Shown here: positions 8,923 to 16,888 of the stretch, one piece after another
Layout: every line of letters starts with the position of its first letter
Numbering within the stretch: position 1 is the stretch's first letter
Source of the DNA: Candidatus Anderseniibacteriota bacterium
Lineage (GTDB): Bacteria > Patescibacteriota > Andersenbacteria > UBA10190
Assembly (NCBI GenBank): GCA_040876835.1
Contig: JBBDOX010000018.1
Location: forward strand, 82,396-146,395
Direction: 5' to 3'
DNA: 64,000 bases
The notes under the pieces: model-generated
Told to the model about the DNA's origin: nothing
The model's input: only the letters and a program-made list of their open reading frames with translations
Databases searched by the model: none
Position numbers and translations under genes: made by a program

Positions 8923-10710
8923 ATGAGGCGCTTACTCGTATTTGCCATTACAGTGCTGGCATTTCCGCTCACCTCTTCTGCTCAGGAAGACTGGCGGATT
9001 GACCGGTTTCACAGCGATCTTGTAATTACCCTCAGCGGAGTTGTCCAGATCACCGAGACTATTGCGGTTGATTTTGGTTCTGTGGACAAGCACGGGATTT
9101 TTCGCAATTTGCCACATACCTACAGTAATCCAAATGAATCTGCGAGTACCTACACGCGTCTGGACGTAGAAGCTGTAACACGCGACGGATCTGACGAGCC
9201 ATATACCATCAGCCGTAACAGCTCACACATACAGATAAAGATTGGGGATCCCAGTACCGAAATTTCTGGAATGCATACGTATGTGATTACGTATACTGCA
9301 ACGGGAATACTGCGAGCCTTCGACGACTACGATGAGTTGTACTGGAACGTGACGGGCAATGACTGGGGAGTCCCCATCACGACCGCTTCTGCAACAATCA
9401 AAGTTCCTGCTGGCGACTTTACTCAGATCTCTTGTTATCGAGGCTATGCAGGAGCAACCGATGAATGCACCACCCAGCTCACTGACTCAACCTTAGTAGG
9501 CTTCTTAACGGGCGAGCTGCTGGTAGGCGAAGGGATGACGGTAGCTGCCGGTTTTGCGAAAGGTATTGTCCCAATTGTCACCATTGATCCTCCTCCTACG
9601 CTCCTTGATGCCCTTGGTTCCCCTGCCTTTCCTGTTACTGCGGTTACCCTATCGGCGTTGGGAATAGGACTCTTGCTGCGCCGGTGGTGGCTATATGGAC
9701 GTGATCGACAGTGGATTCGTAAAGGACTCCATGATCCGGACGCTAAAGAGGGCGTGATGCCACTCATAGGCAGAGAAACAATTAGCGTGGAATATGATTC
9801 GCCTGACAATCTGCGGCCGGCCGAGATTGGCGTTCTGGTGGATGAAAAAGCTCACACGCTTGATGTTTCCGCCACTATTGTCGATCTGGCTGTACGCGGC
9901 TACCTTACGATTACAGAGATTGAAAAGAAGTGGCTTTTTGGTAAAACAGATTATCAGCTGGATCGAACGGAAAAAGTGGATGAGGAGTTGCTGGAATATG
10001 AAAGACTGTTACTTAAAAAGCTGTTCTCCGATGGCCAAACAGTCAAGCTCTCTGATCTGAAGAACTCATTTTACAAAAGCCTTCGGGATGTGAAAGCGCA
10101 GCTCTATGCGGACGTCACTTCAAAACAGCTATTTGCAGCTAATCCGGAAACTGTACGCACGGTTTATTTCGGCGTTGCTGTGGGATTGGTAATTTTCGGG
10201 GTTGCTCTGTTCTTTGTAACCGGGGCTTTAATCTCCCGGGCGCAGGCAATTAATACCTACCACAGTATTCTTCCCGGCCTGGGCGTGGGGATGGCAGTAA
10301 CCGGAGCTCTGGCTTTAGCCATGGCCCGCGCCATGCCTCGAAAAACGGCGCACGGTCGAGAGCTATACCGACGCACCAAAGGATATGAACTATTTGTCAG
10401 TGGCACCGAGAAATACCGGCAGCCTTTTTTCGAACGTCAGAATATCTTCATGGAAGTACTGCCGTATGCGATGGTGTTTGGGGTGACTGATAAATTAGCG
10501 CAGGCGTTTAAGGAAATGGGTATTGAGCCCGTACAGCCGACTTGGTATGCGGGCGCACATCCGTTTAACGTTGCGCTCTTTGCTACAAATTTGAATAGCT
10601 TCTCCCAGTCACTTTCCAGTGCCATGGCATCGGCTCCCAGTAGTGGCGGTAGCGGAGGCGGTGGGTTCTCCGGTGGCGGTTTTGGTGGTGGCGGTGGTGG
10701 CAGCTGGTAG
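8923..10710 (+). CDS. DUF2207-type membrane protein with a Gly-rich C-terminal tail.
   Basis: Signal peptide, extracytoplasmic domain, transmembrane helices and a C-terminal SSGGSGGGGFSGGGFGGGGGGSW tail, as characteristic of DUF2207. Confidence 0.7.
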   Translation: MRRLLVFAITVLAFPLTSSAQEDWRIDRFHSDLVITLSGVVQITETIAVDFGSVDKHGIFRNLPHTYSNPNESASTYTRLDVEAVTRDGSDEPYTISRNSSHIQIKIGDPSTEISGMHTYVITYTATGILRAFDDYDELYWNVTGNDWGVPITTASATIKVPAGDFTQISCYRGYAGATDECTTQLTDSTLVGFLTGELLVGEGMTVAAGFAKGIVPIVTIDPPPTLLDALGSPAFPVTAVTLSALGIGLLLRRWWLYGRDRQWIRKGLHDPDAKEGVMPLIGRETISVEYDSPDNLRPAEIGVLVDEKAHTLDVSATIVDLAVRGYLTITEIEKKWLFGKTDYQLDRTEKVDEELLEYERLLLKKLFSDGQTVKLSDLKNSFYKSLRDVKAQLYADVTSKQLFAANPETVRTVYFGVAVGLVIFGVALFFVTGALISRAQAINTYHSILPGLGVGMAVTGALALAMARAMPRKTAHGRELYRRTKGYELFVSGTEKYRQPFFERQNIFMEVLPYAMVFGVTDKLAQAFKEMGIEPVQPTWYAGAHPFNVALFATNLNSFSQSLSSAMASAPSSGGSGGGGFSGGGFGGGGGGSW

Positions 10711-10850
10711 AGTTAAAAGCAAGCGCTATAATCGTGAAAAAATATCCTGGATATCGACTCCTTAATTTTAGTGAAATCAATAACTTCCTCCTACCGGCCT
10801 TCCTTCTCAGGCGAAGTAGCTTTTTTAGGATATTCACCCACACCCCGATC

Positions 10851-11411
10851 TTAATCTAGCCTCTTTATATACTCTCCAAACTTTCGAAACGATTCTCCGC
10901 GTTGAGACAGCGCGCTCTTCTCCTCCGCAGTCATATCTGAAATTGTTTTTGCTTGGCCTTCATAAATGAAAATTTTGTCATATGGCATCACGTCTGCCTC
11001 CGGATTGTGAACTTCCTCCGTTATTGATCCTCGCATAATTCCTTCGAATAGCTGCGGCTCCTGTCCTGGCTCTGCATATCCCACCACAGTTCGAAAGTAT
11101 GCTTTTCGACTTTCTCCTTCTAACAATTTTAGAATTCCTTTGAAGCCAAGCGTATTCATCACGAATTTTGGTAGCGCGCCAGGAAATCCTTCATATGCTT
11201 CGAAGAATAGCCCCGTATCCTCTACGACCACTGGCGCATTGATCTCTTTGAGCATTTGCAATGCACCGCTGCGAGCCACTTCATCAATGCTCGCATCATG
11301 ATTTTCCTCATACGATCGATCTAGTTGCTCCAGTTCAATGGGGTAATCTTTGAGAATGTCCTGCACCTCCTGAAATTTGTGCTTGTTTGTAGTAACAAAA
11401 TATATTTTCAT
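10851..11411 (-). CDS. rdgB: Non-canonical purine NTP pyrophosphatase (RdgB/Ham1 ITPase family).
   Basis: N-terminus MKIYFVTTNKHKFQEV and Ham1 family architecture, 186 aa. Confidence 0.85.
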   Translation of the reverse strand: MKIYFVTTNKHKFQEVQDILKDYPIELEQLDRSYEENHDASIDEVARSGALQMLKEINAPVVVEDTGLFFEAYEGFPGALPKFVMNTLGFKGILKLLEGESRKAYFRTVVGYAEPGQEPQLFEGIMRGSITEEVHNPEADVMPYDKIFIYEGQAKTISDMTAEEKSALSQRGESFRKFGEYIKRLD

Positions 11412-11413
11412 GT

Positions 11414-12172
11414 TCAGTCATTCATTAATGTCACAAGCTGGCTGTGTAGATCTGCCGGGGCGGCAAGGACACCGGGTTTTCCATATTCAAGTTTTCCATT
11501 CCAGCGATACGGATTACCTTGTACGTCGGTTACCCTCCAACCAGCTTCGGATAGCAATAGTACCGGTGGAGCAAAGTCCCAATCGTATCCGTTATTAGTT
11601 ATGTATCCCTGACGATTTCCCGCTAACGCTTCGAGAGTGTCTGGTCCCGCCCCAAGATCACTCCCAGCAACATCAAGTGAGGTTATCCTTGCCTGTGCTG
11701 ACCGACTAATACCAAGTGGCTTATCAGAATAGTCACGTCCGGTTAAATCTACCTGTTTTCCCTGCAGATAGGCGCCTTTTCCTTTTTCCGCCGTTGCCAA
11801 TACGTCGTTTGCGGGGCTATATACTACCGCCAGCTCTATCTCATTCCCCCGAGCGCGACAAATCATCACAGCAAAATTCTTTTTGTTATTAGCGAAATTG
11901 CGTGTGCCATCTAAGGGATCAACAATCCACGTGTACTGGGAATCCCGCGCCTCGTGCTTGCCAGATTCTTCGGCAACAATAGCGTCTTGAGGGAAAGCTT
12001 CTTTTAACTGTTCGAGTATGATTTTCTCGGCGGCAACATCTGCCTCCGTGGCGTAATCGTTCGGCCCCGTCTTTATATTCCGCGTCAGCTCCGTTCCGAA
12101 ATATTCCATCAACACTTTGCCGGCTTGCTTGGCTAGATCAATTGCGAATTGTGTTTCTTTGCTGGGATTCAT
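11414..12172 (-). CDS. Inositol monophosphatase / CysQ-like phosphatase family protein.
   Basis: WIVDPLDGTRNF and WDFAPP... (WDxAAG-like) motifs. Confidence 0.8.
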   Translation of the reverse strand: MNPSKETQFAIDLAKQAGKVLMEYFGTELTRNIKTGPNDYATEADVAAEKIILEQLKEAFPQDAIVAEESGKHEARDSQYTWIVDPLDGTRNFANNKKNFAVMICRARGNEIELAVVYSPANDVLATAEKGKGAYLQGKQVDLTGRDYSDKPLGISRSAQARITSLDVAGSDLGAGPDTLEALAGNRQGYITNNGYDWDFAPPVLLLSEAGWRVTDVQGNPYRWNGKLEYGKPGVLAAPADLHSQLVTLMND

Positions 12173-12256
12173 CTTCTCTACACTACCAAGTCTTTAAATA
12201 ATTAGATAGAAAAAAACCGCATTCGGTATGCGGCGACTCGTGGGTCTGCGTCGGCT

Positions 12257-12790
12257 CTAAAACACTTCCTTGAAGCGTCGTCGAGCAACATGCAGCCGGC
12301 GCTTGATTGTGCCCAGCGGGGCCTCATTTCGCAGGCTCATCTCCTTGAGAGAGCAGCCGTTGAAGTAGAAGTCCTGCAGGATCGCTCGATCGGGGTCTTT
12401 GAGACATCCCAGGGCTTGCCTCACCCTATCCGCCCGCTCCTCAGCCAGGACAGCGTCATTGGGCTGACGAATGTGATGCTCAAGCGCAAGACTCTGCAAC
12501 ACGTCACCCACGGTTACTTCCATGGGGTGTCTGCTCACCCAGCTGCGAGCTTGGTTGCGAGCGATTTTGTACAACCACCCGGGGAACTTGGTGGGTTGTC
12601 GCAGCTGCCACAGTCTGTACCATGCCTGCAAACAGGCTTCCTGCACCAAATCCTTTACATCGTGCCAGGCCGTAACGTGCTTACGGACGGCATCATGCAT
12701 GAGCCCGGAATGTTCCTTCACCAGCTCATCGAAGGCAGTGCGACTACCAGCCTGGGCAGCAACAACGCGCTTTTCCATTTCTGCGTTCAA
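12257..12790 (-). CDS. ECF-type sigma-70 family RNA polymerase sigma factor, in a GC-richer segment.
   Basis: Region 2 ...LVQEACLQAWYRLWQL...WLYKIARNQARSW and region 4 ...LKEMSLRNEAPLGTIKRRLHVARRRF. No anti-sigma partner is adjacent. Confidence 0.8.
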   Translation of the reverse strand: MNAEMEKRVVAAQAGSRTAFDELVKEHSGLMHDAVRKHVTAWHDVKDLVQEACLQAWYRLWQLRQPTKFPGWLYKIARNQARSWVSRHPMEVTVGDVLQSLALEHHIRQPNDAVLAEERADRVRQALGCLKDPDRAILQDFYFNGCSLKEMSLRNEAPLGTIKRRLHVARRRFKEVF

Positions 12791-12869
12791 GGTACACCCC
12801 CTTTCTCCTAAAAGAGGATCGTTCAGAACCGAAACACCATTCTAGGCCCCTTTTCTTTGTATAGTCAAA

Positions 12870-13283
12870 TTACTGTATTTTTGAAAGGTCGCCGTGGATA
12901 ACTACTGGTTTCATCGCCTCCATTTCAGTTTTGTAATACGGCATATCGGGTATGGGATTGTAGAGAAATATTTTCTGGTTTAACACATGGGCAAAGCCCA
13001 TTTCCAAAAAGGTATTACCGCCTATATAGTTTTCAACACCGTGTTTATCAACATTTAGCACGAGTACCGCTTCTGCATCCTGCATCAGCCGCCACATTTC
13101 ACGAATAGCGTCCAGGTTATTTTTTTGATCAATCTTTATCTTCTCTTTTTCTTCGTCTGATTTGCCGATAAAGGGCGTGTGCAGATCGGTTACGAACGCG
13201 TCATGCCCCATAGTGCGCAGCTGATCGCGTACTTCGAGCATGTTCTCCGTAAATTGCATCGATCCAAGAATGCCGATTTTCAT
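12870..13283 (-). CDS. Nucleoside 2-deoxyribosyltransferase-like (NDT/DNPH1-like) protein.
   Basis: ...NYIGGNTFLEMGFAHVLNQKIFL matches the G-x-T-x-x-E-x-G-(Y/F)-A catalytic-Glu motif of the NDT/Rcl family. 137 aa. Confidence 0.55.
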   Translation of the reverse strand: MKIGILGSMQFTENMLEVRDQLRTMGHDAFVTDLHTPFIGKSDEEKEKIKIDQKNNLDAIREMWRLMQDAEAVLVLNVDKHGVENYIGGNTFLEMGFAHVLNQKIFLYNPIPDMPYYKTEMEAMKPVVIHGDLSKIQ

Positions 13284-13405
13284 ATGAGGCTTTTAGCCTA
13301 ACGAGTGCTTGTTGATCCCCTTAAGTGTTTGAATCTCATAGAATGCGTGGCCAGTGTCTTTCAAAATTATTATCTTCTTTGGATGACTTATGTGTTCAAA
13401 AGATT

Positions 13406-13711
13406 CTACAAATGATCTTTCCACTTACTGACAAACGCTTCTTCTAAATCTATATCAAGCGTATCGGCAAGTATCATAGCCATACCTGCAACATCAGCTA
13501 GTTCTTTAGCCAATTTTTCTTTTGATTCTTCTTCTGATACCCGCTTTACTTTTCGGCTCTTGCCCTGATGGATTAACAGCGCCTGAAACAACTCTCCAAC
13601 TTCTTCACCAAGTTTTAAAGCTGAAAAGTCGGTATCGATAATAATATCGTGAAGCTTGCTATATCCTTTCGCATCTTCTATTACCCGATCTGCTATTTCT
13701 TTGAATTCCAT
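13406..13711 (-). CDS. MazG-like nucleotide pyrophosphohydrolase.
   Basis: LKLGEEVGELFQAL and ELADVAGMAMILAD, the EExxE/MazG helical motifs. 101 aa. Confidence 0.7.
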   Translation of the reverse strand: MEFKEIADRVIEDAKGYSKLHDIIIDTDFSALKLGEEVGELFQALLIHQGKSRKVKRVSEEESKEKLAKELADVAGMAMILADTLDIDLEEAFVSKWKDHL

Positions 13712-13773
13712 AGTTAATTCAATATTATTTTAACTCAATCTGGCCACCACGTGTGACTTGGAGAAATTATTTC

Positions 13774-14364
13774 TTATACTAATAAACTAAATCCCCACTT
13801 CTGCGTAATCGTGTTCAGGCGACACAGAGGCAGCCCCATAAGCGCCGTTACGTCTCCCTCTATGCGTTCAATAATGACCGCTCCTTTGCCTTGAGCAGCG
13901 AAAGCGCCCGCGTGTCCTGCGAGGGGCTCCCCGGAAGCAATGTATGTGTCAATTTCACTATCGCTTAACTCCTTTATATGCACCGCAACCTCTTCGGTGT
14001 CAGTAATCTCTTCCCCAGTTGCGGAGTTAATAACCGTAAAACCTGTAAGAAAGATAAATTTTGCTCCACTTAACCTCTTAAGCATTGCTCGAGCCTCTGC
14101 CTCATCCTTCGGTTTTCCCAAAGCTTTGCCCTTTAGAACCGCAACCGAGTCGGCTCCGACAATAATAGCGCCAGGACGATGCTTGGTTACTGCCTGAGCT
14201 TTGCCCTGCGAAAACTCCTTTACCATTTCATGTGGTTCTAAAGGAAGTGTCATGTCCTCTTCGTAGTCGCTGGGCACTACTTCAAACTGCACTCCCGCTC
14301 GCTCTAGTAAAGTACGGCGACTTCGAGAGGTAGAGGCTAAAATGAGTTTTTTGGTATTGTCCAT
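13774..14364 (-). CDS. maf: Maf-like nucleoside triphosphate pyrophosphatase.
   Basis: N-terminus LILASTSRSRRTLL, plus ...GADSVAV and ...GLPL motifs typical of Maf/YhdE. Confidence 0.85.
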   Translation of the reverse strand: MDNTKKLILASTSRSRRTLLERAGVQFEVVPSDYEEDMTLPLEPHEMVKEFSQGKAQAVTKHRPGAIIVGADSVAVLKGKALGKPKDEAEARAMLKRLSGAKFIFLTGFTVINSATGEEITDTEEVAVHIKELSDSEIDTYIASGEPLAGHAGAFAAQGKGAVIIERIEGDVTALMGLPLCRLNTITQKWGFSLLV

Positions 14365-14445
14365 ATATCTCCCTCAGCATAGACCAGGTATCAGAAAAGA
14401 AAAACGAACCTCGACATATTCCTAATGCGAGATTCGCTGGGAGAA

Positions 14446-14847
14446 TTAGTGTCGCCGGGCAAAGATGCGGGGAACGTTCTCGGGAAGAGGCACCGTACCA
14501 GCAAGATGTATGCCGTCATGTTTTCCTCCCGCCAGCGGACACCAAATTGTCTGGCTGTAGTCGCACCTGAATGGGTTACGATGCAGATCCAGCACGAAGG
14601 GAAAGAGACGTTCGGGACATCGACTTTCCATAGAAGCCAGATCCTGCGTCCACCAGATTGCGGTGGAGTCCCGAAGCCAGAGCTCACGGAAGCAATGGAA
14701 TCTTTCGTTGAGATCCCCGTACTCACAAGTCACCTTCTCGATAAAGCCGTTGATCAAACTCTTTGTTTGACCGAAGGTGAAAATCTCCACCCAACAACCT
14801 CTCCACTCCATCTCCATCACCTCAGTCCACGTGAGAAAGCGGATCAT
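14446..14847 (-). CDS. Hypothetical protein (133 aa, Trp/Cys/His-rich) in a GC-rich segment.
   Basis: Protein-like composition with an AAGGAAAGG ribosome-binding site upstream. It is co-directional with its neighbours. The overlapping plus-strand ORF looks non-protein-like. Confidence 0.4.
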   Translation of the reverse strand: MIRFLTWTEVMEMEWRGCWVEIFTFGQTKSLINGFIEKVTCEYGDLNERFHCFRELWLRDSTAIWWTQDLASMESRCPERLFPFVLDLHRNPFRCDYSQTIWCPLAGGKHDGIHLAGTVPLPENVPRIFARRH

Positions 14848-14944
14848 GCGGTTGCCTTTCCTTTGAGATCAAAGAGCTCGAACTTTTTGGTTGTACCACA
14901 AGGCATGGTGCCTGCAAAGACGTCCCCTCACTATTACTTCGCTA

Positions 14945-15337
14945 TCACCTGAGGCCTTTCAGGCCAGGTACAATATCTTGTATGTCTTTATATTCAATTA
15001 CTCCTTCGGCAACTCCCCGAACACTATCTTTGATTACTGTTCCTTCTTTTGCAATAAGGATTACTTTCTTACGCATTGCGTAGGCCATACCAGCTTCCAC
15101 TGCCCTGCCCGTTGGCTTATCCGTCATATCAAGGAGCAGATAATCAGACTTTTGTATCTCCTGGGCCGTGCGTTTCATTAATTCGTGAGCATCATTAAAC
15201 ACTTTCTCGTAGTGCTCCACATCACGAATAAAGCAAAAATCTTCGAATCCCGCCTCTTTTACCAATGAACAAAGGTGTTCAATTTCGTCCTTATTCTTAC
15301 CGTGCTCAAACGAAGCAGTAATAAATACTCTGGGCAT
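14945..15337 (-). CDS. NDT/DNPH1-like protein, paralog A.
   Basis: ...LLLDMTDKPTGRAVEAGMAYAMRKKVILI matches the NDT catalytic motif. It is about 80% identical at the amino-acid level to 22498-22893. The likely start is MPRVFITAS. Confidence 0.65.
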   Translation of the reverse strand: MPRVFITASFEHGKNKDEIEHLCSLVKEAGFEDFCFIRDVEHYEKVFNDAHELMKRTAQEIQKSDYLLLDMTDKPTGRAVEAGMAYAMRKKVILIAKEGTVIKDSVRGVAEGVIEYKDIQDIVPGLKGLR

Positions 15338-15342
15338 AATTA

Positions 15343-15798
15343 TCAATCCCAAAAATTGCAGTTAGTCTTATATGCTTCAATATATCTTGCTGTAGGTGCG
15401 AAAAGTGGTTGCGGAAGATTATCGAGATCGTACCAGTCCCAATTTTCACGCTTGTGAGGTTCGAGATTCTGCGGTTCTCCGCGTTCCCATTCTGCCAGTA
15501 AACCAATATCAATATAATGTTTGGGTGCGTATTTTGTTACGTTGCTGACGCATAGGAACCGAATATTTTTTATTGTAATTCCCGCTTCTTCCAGAGTCTC
15601 TCTTCGCGCAGTTTCGAAAAGAGATTCGAGTAACTCGACGTGGCCTCCGGTATTGGCGTACTCCCCTTCACCATGGGCGTTTTTACGCTTCCCAAGCAGT
15701 ACTTTATTTTCTTTTAATATCATTACTCCAACACCTACTTTTGGGTACGCAGCAGGTACTTCCTGGATGGCTACGCTACTAATGGGCTGGGTTTTCAC
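15343..15798 (-). CDS. NUDIX hydrolase, paralog A.
   Basis: Nudix box GGHVELLESLFETARRETLEEAGI. Paralogous to 22895-23359. Confidence 0.8.
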   Translation of the reverse strand: MKTQPISSVAIQEVPAAYPKVGVGVMILKENKVLLGKRKNAHGEGEYANTGGHVELLESLFETARRETLEEAGITIKNIRFLCVSNVTKYAPKHYIDIGLLAEWERGEPQNLEPHKRENWDWYDLDNLPQPLFAPTARYIEAYKTNCNFWD

Positions 15799-16007
15799 TT
15801 ACTCACTATATCGCTACTTTTCTTTGGCGGCCAGCGTTTATGCCTTTGCTCGTATCCCGGCTTTGGTGGGTTCCTTTTACATACCTTTTCTTGATGTATG
15901 TCTTAGTTTGTGCTAATTAATACTTGGTTCTTTTGTGTCCCCTTGGCGCTCTTGCAGGTGGTTATTCTCACTTTTTCTGCCTGCAAGGCTTGGAAAGAGG
16001 AGAGCCC

Positions 16008-16357
16008 CCATGCTGCACCAGGTGCGCTTCGAGTGCAATAACCGCTCAGTGCACGTCATGTACGTGATTGACAGCGGGGAGTGCGTCTTCTCGGCGGTGA
16101 CAAAGAATCCATCGAGCATCAACGTTGCCGAGGATATCATCCAGGCCATCTGCATGAAGGAGCATTGCGACCCCACCTCGTTGCGGTTCTTTGACCTCCA
16201 GACTCATCAGGGCTACAGCTCCAAAAGCCCGGGTGAGTTCGAATTCGACCAGCTTTCTGTCGAGTGCCATGGAGACAAAGTCTCGATTCAGGGCTGGACG
16301 CAACTTCCGTGTCCGGCAACGATCCAAAACATCTTCAGTCGCTGCATCAGCGGCTAG
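16008..16357 (+). CDS. Hypothetical protein (116 aa) in a GC-rich segment.
   Basis: AAAGAGGAGAG ribosome-binding site 5 nt before the ATG at 16008. Local GC is well above the flanks. No family recognised. Confidence 0.4.
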
Positions 16358-16511
16358 AAGAGAGCGGGTCAACTCACGATTAACTCCAAAGCCTCTCATA
16401 CCCTTGGCAAGACCAAGGGCTTTTTTATAAAAACCTTCTCAGTAGCGCCACCTATCAATAAGTCGCTCATGGATCGACGCGTTGTTAGAGCAGGTATAAA
16501 AAAGAACCTTC

Positions 16512-16793
16512 TCACGAAGGATCTGGCGATTCGGCTGACTCAGTGGTGATAGTGATCTGCTTTTTGAAGAACCAACAGTGGATACCGTAGATCCAGTTCA
16601 CCATGTACAGAAAGTTGAGGAAAAAGAGGCCCCACTGTTCATGGACGTAAGTCGTAATGAGCCAAAAGGGAGCACCAATGAGCCCAAGAACGAATCCCCA
16701 GCGGTTCTTACGTGCGAGCAAAAAGAGAGCCGGAAGACCAGTCAGCAGAATTACGACCTGTGAGATGTTGTCCCACACTGCTTTTCTCCGCAA
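16512..16793 (-). pseudogene. pnuC: Truncated PnuC-like nicotinamide riboside transporter. Only the N-terminal roughly 90 aa (3 transmembrane helices) is present.
   Basis: Trp-rich helices ...WGFVLGLIGAPFWLITTY...FLNFLYMVNWIYGIHCW resemble the PnuC N-terminus. The ORF stops after 93 aa where the GC-rich segment begins. Confidence 0.4.
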
Positions 16794-16888
16794 AAGTGCA
16801 TTCGGTATGAGAAGAAAAGTAAGATATCATCTTCCCTCTCCAGGGTCAAAGGAATGGATATAGCCCGGCAAGCTGCTACTATACTCGT

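Noticed and set aside
14425-14952. 175-aa plus-strand ORF overlapping the GC-rich segment.
   Set aside because: Its translation is Ser/Pro/Arg/Thr-rich and non-protein-like. The antisense 14446-14847 ORF has a ribosome-binding site, balanced composition and is co-directional with its neighbours.
16046-16399. 117-aa minus-strand ORF antisense to 16008-16357.
   Set aside because: The plus-strand ORF has a clear AAAGAGGAGAG ribosome-binding site at correct spacing. The minus frame is Arg/Ala/Leu-rich as expected for antisense GC-rich sequence. The strand choice remains somewhat uncertain.
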